A DNA stretch of 64,000 bases from Laetmonice hystrix (lineage: Eukaryota). The stretch is from positions 52,454,001-52,518,000 of the forward strand of contig OZ249436.1 in the NCBI GenBank assembly GCA_965235115.1, in the 5' to 3' direction. The stretch's first letter is position 1. The number at the start of each line of letters is the position of its first letter. The position numbers and the translations under genes were made by a program. The notes beneath the pieces were generated by a model, which saw only the letters and a list, made by a program, of their open reading frames with translations, searched no databases and was not told where the DNA came from. Below, one piece after another: positions 1 through 11,625 of this stretch.

Positions 1-2084
1 AGGCTTGGCCGTCATCGGCCATCAGTTCCCGGACCGAGGTGTGGCCGGACGCCCTTCCAATTACAAACACCTCCTGTTGTGGTCATTAAAACAACATTAC
101 TGGGCGTTAGATCATTTAGGAAAGGTCGTGAGTTACCGTTATAAAATGTTCAACATGGCGCCGCCCGGAGAAATTAACTCGCCCAACACACAGTGACACA
201 GACCAAACTTGTGTTCTTGCTTTATGATGATCGTATGTACATGATGGATACCAGTTTCGCTATATGATGTATTGTACCTCAATATAAATACTTCATCTGG
301 GGAAAAGGGCAACTCACCTTGATCCCTTTGTACTTTCTCTGTACCACTCCGATCTTGGCAAGGTTGGAAGAAGTTGTGATTAGGTACTGCGCACCTGAGC
401 TTTCACAATGCTGCAGTAGTTCGGCTGTAAATATAAGTAATGGCCGTCTCGTCATCAAGCAGGGCGGTAAGCAGCCAGGGCAGAGTCCGAATTGGCGAGG
501 GGCTTTTGCCAGTAAGAACATTTCAATTTAAGGCGGTACCTATAATTTCTATCAAATGAAAAGGATTCCAATATATTTGTGAAAAGAGACACAGTTTCAA
601 GAGTTATAGAAATCTAAGCTTTTAGGAGGCAGGTATGACCAGTAATATCTATATTCAGAATAACCTTATCTGTCTCTTCGCGGGGGTCTCAGTCTGAGAT
701 GTGTATCGGGGAGTCAGAAAGGTCTACTATTGTTTCTTCACGTAGGCCCATCTATCTATCTATCAAGGGTACTATAGACCGGTAGGCCTATAGGTATCTG
801 AGTTGGCCTCCTATAAAGGATCCACTCGCCACAAATGTCCAATCAGCCCTGATGTCCAATGGTTTATTAAAGGGGCTATGTATAGGCCCCCCCACTCCCC
901 ACCCCCAACCCCCAACCCCAGCATTGCAGTTTTAGTAAGTTTCACCACAGTCACGGTTTCCTTCAAGGCAAAATATATTCAACAACACAGAAATCGATAA
1001 AAAAAACGATGCACCTTCGTAGTCACTAGAGGGCGCCACCTAGAATTTTGGGACAAGTTAACGGTTGAGGAAAGTTTAAGACTACGGTAGCAAGGTGTTC
1101 ATCGTTGAGATGCCCCAGTTTGTGGCATGCAGTCAGCTCACTTGGCGTGAAGAGAGGGTTTATGCCGGTGAGTATTCCGCCAATCATGGGAACAGCCAAC
1201 GTTACGGCCACGTGATCCAAGACGTTGGGTGCGCATGTAGCCACGACGTCACCTTTACGTAATCCACGACGGGCCAAAGCACTGCAAATACTCCGTACCG
1301 CATCTTTAAGATGATTGAAGGTCCACTCTTCCAAGGTATCACAATCCACCTGCAATATTAAAACATAACACTGTAACTTTGCATCAAAGTATTCAATTAG
1401 GCCTATTTGTAAACAATCCACTTGGGATCAGGGTAAGAATGATTTTAAGCTCAACCCCTGGCTTTTCGTGAAAGGCGACAAATGGGGCGAGGGCTGGAGT
1501 GGGAAAATGGTCCATTGTCGGATTATATGAATCATTTGCGTGGCACCGATGGATCGATCCCGTATCATTTTTCTCACTGCCCGTTAATGGCCCTAGTGCT
1601 CCGCAACTGGGTCATTAAAGGCATTAATATATCCATCCGTGCTTGTGTGACTGGGAATAGGACCCCCCCCCCCCCCTTTTTTTTTAAAGTAGGGGATTGC
1701 CTCCCCATGGCAGATATCTTTCTCACTTCATCGTCATCATCACCCTCTAAATCTTGGGCTTACTCCGGGGGAATAGGTTTCTTGACTGAATTAAATTGTT
1801 GATATTGCCCTGAATATGCGGACAGGGGGCGTACCCCCCCCACGCCCCCTTGACAATTCAATTACATTTTAACAGTATGTAAAAGCCTATACCGAACCTG
1901 TCACTACGTTACGCGGTTTCATAATGAAACCGATCATTCGTATAGGTGTAGGCCATTCCGGCTACCAACTATAGAGAGAAGTAATTCGGTATATCTAGGT
2001 TCAACTTACCAACGCCACACTCTCAGGGTTCCCTTCAGCAGTTTGGAAAAGAAATTCAGTAAAGGATCCCATTCCGTTCGCCAT
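1..2084 (-). CDS. 4-coumarate--CoA ligase / firefly-luciferase-like AMP-binding (acyl-CoA synthetase) protein, N-terminal part; 3' end lies outside the window
   Basis: GT-AG exons join in frame: 2084-2010 (MANGMGSFTEFLFQTAEGNPESVAL), 1349-1142 (VDCDTLEEWTFNHLKDAVRSICSALARRGLRKGDVVATCAPNVLDHVAVTLAVPMIGGILTGINPLFTP), 424-318 (TELLQHCESSGAQYLITTSSNLAKIGVVQRKYKGIK), 73-1 (EVFVIGRASGHTSVRELMADDGQA). GLRKGDVV...PN...G...NPLFTxxEL is the typical N-terminal pattern of the ANL/4CL-like family. The start codon is tentative; an acceptor at ~2111 allows an upstream exon. Confidence 0.85.
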
Positions 2085-2555
2085 CCCGTCTTCTGTAGTT
2101 ATTCGAATCACTGAACAGTTTCACACGATATAGGCCTACCAGGATCTCTAAGATGGAAGTAAGCTGGCCAGTTACTTTCCCCAATAACTGCTTCCCGTTG
2201 TTATGTCAACACGGATGTCATGATCTGTTTCTGAAGGGTATACAATATCCAGCAATTCGCGCCTGGTGTGGCTTACTTACGTTATATACAGTAGAGGTCA
2301 TATGTCTCATAGGCCGACATCCATCCGTCTGAGTCCGGAGTAAAATTGCAGATTGTGTGGTTGTACAGCCGGATATATGAATCCGGTTTAAGGCGACTGC
2401 TGGTCAATACAGAGGACAGACTGATAGTTATGAAGAATGCTCCAAACTCTGGTTTAAATATATATAGATATTCTAGTATATAAAGAGTGCTGTAAGTATT
2501 ACCGGCATGTTTTCTGTTTTTATGCAGGTATTGCAGAAAGAAGTAATGTAGGCCT

Positions 2556-3464
2556 ATAGGAGATTTCATGTTTACAAACATGGGGCGTGATTCGCGCATG
2601 CGCATGACTGGCGCATGACTCTGGCTGGCAGAAAGTACACACCAGCAGCTGTGTTTACTACCACTGACCACAGAGTCCGTCGGAAACTATGCTGCAATCA
2701 TGGATAATAACTGGTCCGTGTACCTTCTAAACCTATAGGCTACAGACACTAAAGAGCGATGTAAAGCCAAACTTCAGTATGATGGCAGTTTGATTTTTAA
2801 CTGACCCGTATTTCGTCAAATAAGGGTGGACTCGGGCCAGTCGGGCCCAGTCAGCCCGCGAGCCGTCACAGCTTCTTGACCCGGTTGCACTCTACCGACG
2901 AGCCGTACTGAGAGCGCTGGTTGGCATGCTCTCTTTCACTTTCAGTTTATATGTAGTTTCTCATGTTTTTTTTTCAATGAATCCCTAACATTTTGTTGCA
3001 TGGGACTGGAGAAACTTTTTTGACGAATGGCCAGATGGAGGTAAAATACCCCCCCACCATCTAAATTTGGGTAAAAAAGGGGAAGTTAACCACCAGAACA
3101 CAAGCACGCGTGTCAGTGCTCCCGGCGTTCACGCAGCCACCACCGGCACCGTGCATGCTCCCACCCGTGGCCTGGGGCCCGTTGCATAAACAAATCCCCG
3201 CCCGCTCCGTAAACCACCCAGACCTGATCTGTCCAGCCTTCCTTGACCTCACTAATAGTGCTTAGTATGTATACTGTGCAGGATACAACCATATTTGGTT
3301 GTTCTTCGAAAAACGTGCATAAACAGACAAAATACGGAGAAAAATCTGTATTGTTTACAGTGCATCACTGGCTCCATTGTTGACTTTCTGCCAGCCAGAG
3401 CGCTGTAGGTGGTTACGTAACCACCCCCGCTATCGGAAGTGACGTAGTGCCTGAAACCTCCTAT
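2556..3464. mobile_element. Non-autonomous TIR element (MITE)
   Basis: Termini ATAGGAGATTTCA ... TGAAACCTCCTAT plus an inner perfect 18-bp inverted pair CTCTGGCTGGCAGAAAGT (2619-2636) / ACTTTCTGCCAGCCAGAG (3383-3400). Confidence 0.6.
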
Positions 3465-6002
3465 TTAGGAGTCAGATCTACGCAGTGTAGCGCTGTATCG
3501 TGGATCTATAATTGAGGGGGGGGGGGGCATGGCCCATACGGCCATTAGACAGGCCTTCCATGCATGTATAATACATATTATAAACTCCCCCCGCGTTTAT
3601 TGTGTTATTTTTTGAAGTGGTCAATATTAATTTTGACGAATAAAGAAATGGAAATCGACTACCCAGGGAAAACTATTACGATGGCAGAGATAGAGAGAGG
3701 ACAGAGACACAGAGACAATAAAAGAGGGAATTTACTTTTATTAGTTTTCTCTTGTACTGTAGCTCCCGGCAACAATCTTAACCCAAGTTGGAGCAATTAT
3801 TGCTCCAAGCTCAAGCGAAGCGGTTGCCCTCCTTCGTGCTAACCTAATTATAACGGGCCTCGCACTCGCAGTGTCAGCAGCAGCTGCTGGACACCTGTCG
3901 CCTTGTATTGTTGCCAGCTGTCTGGCCGTCTCCGCCGCGGCTAGTACTGTAATTTAGGTTTAACTGTTTCAATTATCAATATTCCATGTTTATACATGCA
4001 CCCTCTTCTTGTGCTTCACATGTACCTTGCTATGACGTCCTCGGTAACGACAAGTTACAGAAACGATTGATTCCCGATCTATATAAATTCGACAAGTTAT
4101 TATATATTTAGAGACCATATATAAACACGGGAAGTCTATTTTATAGGAATGCATAGATCTAGGTGGTGGAATAACCATGTATGGAAACTTTATAGTTTAC
4201 AACCGAATTGTACTGAGATATTATTAAGCTCCGAGTGGCCTGCTTTTATCAACCTGGCTGCCGACATGACGTATATCAACATCATTTTAACCATGTCACA
4301 CAATGTTAATAATATTGAAGAGAAAAACACCAACACGAGGACTGCCCCCGCATTAAAGGCGACCAGGATGACACGTTACAAGAATATGTTGATAGCACTG
4401 GTAATGTAAATGCACCTTTATATCACGCGACACATTTGCACCTCAACGAATGCTAGCTGTTGGCCATATCACATCAAAATTTACAGGTGGCGCGAGGAAA
4501 ATGGCGCCCAAAGCCTTACATCGCAGGACGGAGTAGGCGTACATGGACTTAAATGTTCTAATAATCTCCCACTCCAAAGGGCTAGGTCTAGCGTGTGTTG
4601 CACTAAGTTAGTATTTTTAAACAACTTGTACAGAAACATAATTAGGACAAGATCTACTCACGATCATTAGTACTACCTTACTTTATTCCGTATAATTTGT
4701 GGCCTATGATGCACTGTTTTCGTGGGGTTTACAAAGGATGGGCTAAGATCAGAACCTAGGTCTGAGATCTTACGCCTAATGTGGGACCTAATACCTTGAT
4801 CACATAGCCCAGGTTACATCAGTTAAAATATTAGCACATTATAAAATATTAAAGGTCTGTTTTCATGAACGTTTCTGTTATCCGTTTGTGGTTCGATCGC
4901 TTATAGTTGCAATCTTTCATTATGTGCGTTACCCGATTCCATTATCCGTTTCCGTTTTCTCGCTTGGAATCACCCCTGGAAGTGGTTGAAACGGAAACGG
5001 ACGGTAAACCGGACAGCAAAATGTAAGAAAATCTAGAAAGCTGTTCGGTACAACTGGAGCGAATTGCCTAAACGGAAACTCACATGGAAAAGAATCAGTT
5101 ACAGCTCTCTGGTGTAAACCTGCAGGCTACATTTAAACTACTGACAAGTTCAAACTACATTCAGGTTTACAATAACAATAACCACCATGTATACGGACCG
5201 AACTGGCACTGGGAAATGTATGTGTTCAAAATGTTTTGAACAATCGAGAAAGGCACCTACGTCGACGTCGTCCCTTTTCCTTTGGCAGATCACCAAATGT
5301 TGACATGGCACCAAATCATATATCAAGTCTGAAATGGTGCAAGCTATAGTAGAGTTATGTACAAGCTTTTTCTGTCATATATAACTATAGAGGGATTACA
5401 TCTACACTCTGTGTAAATCCATGCAGGCCCTAGATATGGCATTGTATCTACAGACATCATCTCCCTCGGGTAAAGCAGACGTTCGTTAGCAGCCGCAGCT
5501 CTTGTCACTCCTGGATGGAATTTAACGTTATCTTCCTTATACTACAATCGCCGGGTTTAGATTTGGGAAGCACGGACGGATTATAACATACTCTCCTGTA
5601 TCATGCACTTTGTCACCTGTCACATTTACAGATCACAACGTTTCATGTAATCTGCTGACCACGATGTTAGGATAATTATAAAGATGTGGGTATAGTTGTT
5701 CGTTACCGTCACACCTTAATGCCTTTGTGGATGGATCATAGATGTCATTAAATATTTTCACCAGATATGGGGGTCGACAGATCATTCTACGTATGCAATA
5801 AGCTCAAGCCAAGAATCAAAGCGTTCCGACTGAATGGTATGTACAGTCCGTTTTGAATGCAACTTCGTATATAATACTTAAAAGCAAACATGGAGGACAC
5901 TATATCATATCTACTAACATTACATAACACAAACATGAACCTTACAATATAAAACATTTAAACCAAAATCAGGAGTAACTTAATGTTCCTGCCAATAATA
6001 TG

Positions 6003-6672
6003 TTTTTGTGATACATAGGCCTACATGTAATCCCATAGACTGCCAATTCTAGGCAGGTGGCAGCATCGTTTTGTGATACATACATGTTATCCCATAGACT
6101 GCCAATTCTAGGCAGGTGGCAGCATCGTTTTGTGATACATACATGTAATCCCATAGACTGCCAATTCCAGGCAGGTGGCAGCATCGTTTTGTGATACATA
6201 CATGTTATCCCATAGACTGCCAATTCTAGGCAGGTGGCAGCATCGTTTTAGTTTTGTGATACATACATGTTATCCGATAGACTGTCAATTCTAGGCAGGT
6301 GGCAGCATCGTTTTGTGATACATACATGTTATTCCATAGACTGCCAATTCTAGGCAGGTGGCAGCATCGTTTTGTGATACATACATGTTATCCGATAGAC
6401 TGCCAATTCTAGGCAGGTGGCAGCATCGTTTTAGTTTTGTGATACATACATGTTATCCCACAGACTGCCAATTCTAGGCAGGTGGCAGCATCGTTTTGTG
6501 ATACATACATGTTATCCGATAGACTGCCAATTCTAGGCAGGTGGCAGCATCGTTTTAGTTTTGTGATACATACAATTATCCCATAGACTGCCAATTCTAG
6601 GCAGGTGGCAGCATCGTTTTGTGATACATACATGTAATCCGATAGACTGCCAATTCTAGGCAGGTGGCAGCA
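6003..6672. repeat. Minisatellite, ~59-bp unit (65-bp variant), ~11 copies
   Basis: Unit TTTTGTGATACATACATGTTATCCCATAGACTGCCAATTCTAGGCAGGTGGCAGCATCG repeated directly. Confidence 0.95.
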
Positions 6673-7606
6673 TAAGCTGGTTCTCGGCTCACTCGCTAGG
6701 GGGCTCTGGGGTCGACGCGAGTAGGAGCCGGTAACGCCTGCCATCTTTGTACGCTCTGGCCGTACATCGTGGGGGTCTGAGATTGGTAATGACGTATTTC
6801 CGGAGTTCCCATAGCCTGGTCCTCTGCCAATACAGACGCATCCACGTAGTCAATATAGACATGGGGACCAGGCTAGGATTCCCAACGCTCCCGTGAGACC
6901 GCGAGCACTGCATAGTGTGGGAGGAGTGAAGATCTCACGGCCAGCGGCAGCACAGCACCTGACACTGGCAGGCATGGGTCGCTGTCACTCAGGCAGCAGC
7001 ACAATTCCAACTAATTTTTCATACACATACACATCATGTGCTACGGATAGATAGCCTACGTTACCAAACTTGCCACAGACAAAGGTCCTTATCATAGGTA
7101 GGCCCCCTATGTTCTAAAACTAGAAACATGGTTTTTAATCTCTGGTACAATTTTAACACGTATTCACGGGCGAAGGACCCGGGAGACCCCACTGAGTCTG
7201 AGGACGCCGGCCGAGTCCATGGCATGGAGCGCTACCGACGCTCACTGGCGAAGACAACATCAGTTTGCTTTTGCCTCAAAACAGTCAAGTAATTTATCAC
7301 GCAGTTGAAATCTTTACAATAGCTACTTACGGCGAATTTCAAAGTTAACAGTCGATTTACTTTTTCACCAAATGTCACTGTCCAGTGACAATGATAGAAG
7401 TTCTAAATTTGGTAGAAGAAATCGTGTGAGCGGGCAGCGCGGCCTTCACAGAGGCACATCCTCAATGTATTTTTAGATAAGCCAATAATAAGTGAGCTAT
7501 CAAAGACGGGAGTGTGACCAATGACAGCCAAGCTCTCAGTAGGCGTTACCGGCTCCTACTCGCGTCGACCCCAGAGCCATCTAGCAGTGAGCCGGGAAAC
7601 AGCTCA
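6673..7606. mobile_element. Non-autonomous DNA transposon with ~66-bp TIRs and 9-bp TSD (Mutator/MULE-like)
   Basis: TIRs at 6673-6739 and 7541-7606 (core GGGGTCGACGCGAGTAGGAGCCGGTAACGCCT and its reverse complement); GTGGCAGCA duplicated at 6664-6672 and 7607-7615. Long TIRs with a 9-bp TSD are characteristic of MULEs. Confidence 0.8.
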
Positions 7607-8017
7607 GTGGCAGCATCGCCTCAGTTGATCACCATTTTAATGTGCCGGCCATATTATGAGATAGGCCCCTATATCAAACATGTTTTACACCTAACGGTCA
7701 AGGGGGCTAGTATAGGCCTATTATCGTGACGTGTTTGTTGGCTCCTACATTACGGAAAACAGTTATAGTAAACCACGGAACCGGAACTTGTTTCATACAA
7801 CATAGCACAACATTCTAACCTCCACAGACAGAATAAACAGCTAACGATCCACACTATCGTAATAAATCAAGGAGGCAGCAACTCTAAACAGACATCTTTC
7901 AATATTTTGTGCAACAACATTGAATGTTTCCAGCCTACATAATAGCACCAACGTATCGACCAACAACGTAATACCTCTTCTCCTATACGCTTCCACTCTG
8001 TAATCGAAAAGTCATTA

Positions 8018-11000
8018 CTATATCATGGATTTGGCCTTTTCCAGTCGTAAACAGCGGGCCAGAAAGAGCCAGATGCCAGATGCCATGATGAGAAAGGCGA
8101 ACGAGACCCAGGCGACTGGGATGGACCAGCCCGTTTGGACTATCTTAGCAGCGCACACCGATTCTACGATGTGTCCAGTGGGGTCGAGTGTACTACACTC
8201 AGTCTTCATGTAGTCCACTTTGGTGTGCATTATGACGAGCCCAAAGCAGACGAAAACACCTGCAAAAGAAGATCAGTGCAGTCAGTGTTCCATTGTTTTC
8301 ACAATGTGCAAGCTGTCCTTACGCCTGCACATGCATGAGGTAGGCTTTGTTTGCAGTTCTAAATTTAGTACCCGTTTTCTTCGATTTCTTGGTCATTGTC
8401 GAATCCAAGGCCGCATACTTTACCGAACTCTGACAACGTATTCGTAAACACTATACGATTGAGACATTTAAATATTTGACATTCCCCTTGTCATTGTGTG
8501 AATGCTTGTGTTAACCCCCCTCCCCCGGAAGTAAGCTAGCCCACCTACCGCCAACGATGTACATGACGCCGGTTACCATGCAGGCGGATACCTGTTTCTG
8601 CGCCAAACCAAACAGACCCGTTATGCCTGCTGTCAGCAGACACATCAGGGACACGATCATACAGGACGCCGCCGAATTCTGCATACCTGCAAACAAGGTT
8701 CCGCACATTTTGAATGGTAAGATTATATATAAGGGCACATAATGATCAAAAGGTAGGGCCGTATAGCCTGGCCCTAATACGCGGGGGTGGGGTGGGGGGG
8801 GGGGGAGTAGTGGCTCCTGAGCAAGTACCAGATGTTAAATATTCCATTAAAAAAACAAAAACAAAAAACTTGAAATCCAGGGGGCAGCTGCTCCGCTCTC
8901 CCACCCCCACCCGGCAGACTACGGCCCTGTCGGGGCACATTCTGTGACCGACAAACCGGGGCCGGATTTCAAAACTTAATAGTTCACCAGCCAATTTGAA
9001 TCGTAATTTATGACAAAAAGAGGTACTAGTTTAATTAGTGTCCAGAGACTAGTCGATCATCAATTATAGTTTTAAATATGAATATAAATCGTTGAACTTA
9101 CGGACCAACCAAACGCCAGTTTTCTTCTCTAGTTCCGGTTTTCGTTCCTCGTACTGGGGAATGTAGTTGAAACAGTCGTATCGCAGATATGTAGCTATTT
9201 CTGCTGCATCCTGGTACTCCTCCGTCTCCTTATAATCGTCTTTGAAATTGAAAATTGAAAAGAATACAAAACATTAAAACTTACATGGAATGTGTCTAGA
9301 ATCAACGCCTAGTTGCGCACGTGCCTGGGCCCAACCCCTTGCACCCTCTCGCACACTATAAACTTAGAGAATACCTCTTTGGGGACCAACCTCAAATACT
9401 TACATTATAACCTATCATCAAATTGCTAATAAAGCCGTAAGAGCTATCACTTATTTTTATAGTCGAGGTCATACGGCTCCTCATTAAATATTCTGCATGC
9501 CTTTACACAAACTTTGCTCATATAATGTGACAGTATGATCGTGTTGAAATTCCACCTCAATCCATTAATAGATGTTATAGTTTTATAATTTATCACAAGG
9601 GATGTACCGAGAGCCCAATTACATATATTTTAACTAGAGGCAAGGTGTTGCTAGACACAAACCGACACCATTCTCCTTTCTACGCCACGCTAGAGCCCAA
9701 GGAATAGCGTGACTTCTTGTTCATGTTTAATAGCAATTATAGATTCAAATTGCACTACTTTACCATTACATGCATATAAACATGTGCATGGCGTCTTTTA
9801 ACGCTTTTACGTCACGCTACGTCACAGTAAATGGTGCGAAATAAAAGATCATAATTTTATGACTTCCTATCTATGAAATAGTAACTATGCCTATCTTGCA
9901 TCGTTTTCAATATATACCTTCAAAATGTGCTTAAAGTAGGCCTATGCATTACCTAATTTGACCTTCAAACCTCATCGAAAGTCAATGAAAATGGTCAGAC
10001 ATGAACGATCACATATGACTTCCTATTCATGTTTAATAGTAACGATAGGCCTATCTTGGACCGTTTCCAAGATACAACCGGTTGAAAAAATTATGTTAAA
10101 TGCACCGATGACCTCATTTGACCTTTCAGGTTCAGTCCAGGTCAACGGCAATGGTACCAAAAGAAAATGCCATATAGGAGTTCCTATACTCGTAGTTAAT
10201 AGTAACCATAGGCTTATCTGATCCCATATAGGAGTTCCTATACTCGTTGATAATAGTAACCATAGGCTTATCTGATCCCATATAGGAGTTCCTATACTCG
10301 TATGTTAATAGTAACCATAGGCTTATCTGATAATCGTAACCATAGGCTTATCTGATCCCATATAGGAGTTCCTATACTCGTATGTTAATAGTAACCATAG
10401 GCTTATCTGATCCCATATAGGAGTTCCTATACTCGTATGTTATAGTAACCATAGGCTTATCTGATCCCATATAGGAGTTCCTATACTCGTTGTTAATAGT
10501 AACCATAGGCTTATCTGATCCCATATAGGAGTTCCTATACTCGTTGTTAATAGTAACCATAGGCTTATCTGATCCCATATAGGAGTTCCTATACTCGTTG
10601 TTAATAGTAACCATAGGCTTATCTGATCCCATATAGGAGTTCCTATACTCGTTGTTAATAGTAACCATAGGCTTATCTGATCCCATATAGGAGTTCCTAT
10701 ACTCGTTGTTAATAGTAACCATAGGCTTATCTGATCCCATATAGGAGTTCCTATACTCGTTGTTTATAGTAACCATAGGTTTATCTGATCCCATATAGGA
10801 GTTCCTATACTCGTTGTTAATAGTAACCATAGGCTTATCTGATCCCATATAGGAGTTCCTATACTCGTAGTTAATAGTAACCATAGGCTTATCTGATTCC
10901 ATAGGTGTTCCTATACTCGTAGTTAATAGTAACCATAGGCTTATCTGATCCCATATAGGAGTTCCTATACTTGTAGTTAATAGTAACCATAGACTTATCT

Positions 11001-11545
11001 GATCCCATATAGGAGTTCCTATACTCGTATGTTAATAGTAACCATAGGCTTATCTGATCCCATATAGGAGTTCCTATACTTGTAGTTAATAGTAACCATA
11101 GACCTATCTGATCCCATGTAGGAGTTCCTATACTCGTATGTTAATAGGCTTATCTGATCCCATATAGGAGTTCCTATACTCGTATGTTAATAGTAACCAT
11201 AGGCTTATCTGATGCTGCTTCCAAGATATAGCTATCTGAAAGTTAAAAATTGCAGAACCTGCTTTTAACTTCTATTTCCATATACTACTCACATGCAGAT
11301 GTGACAGTATTCCACAGTTAGGTTTAGAAATAAGAATTTAAATGTAAGAGAAAAATCACCATGGTCATGGCCGATATAATAATATGGAAGAAGAAACACA
11401 ACTTGCCTTCTGCGTTTAGACACTCATTCTCTTGAACAATTGTTTGCTCGAGAAGTCAATATCTATTTCCCAATATTCACATATAAAACGTCGTTCCTTT
11501 CACAGTTTCTTAATGACATATGAACTTTATTGTCCAGTTTTGACA

Positions 11546-11625
<80 letters not shown>

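Noticed and set aside
10170..11213. CRISPR-like look of the palindromic repeats and the 176-aa repeat ORF (10372-10902)
   Set aside because: Units are head-to-tail with no unique spacers and no cas genes, in a eukaryotic intron; the ORF exists only because the unit is 54 bp.
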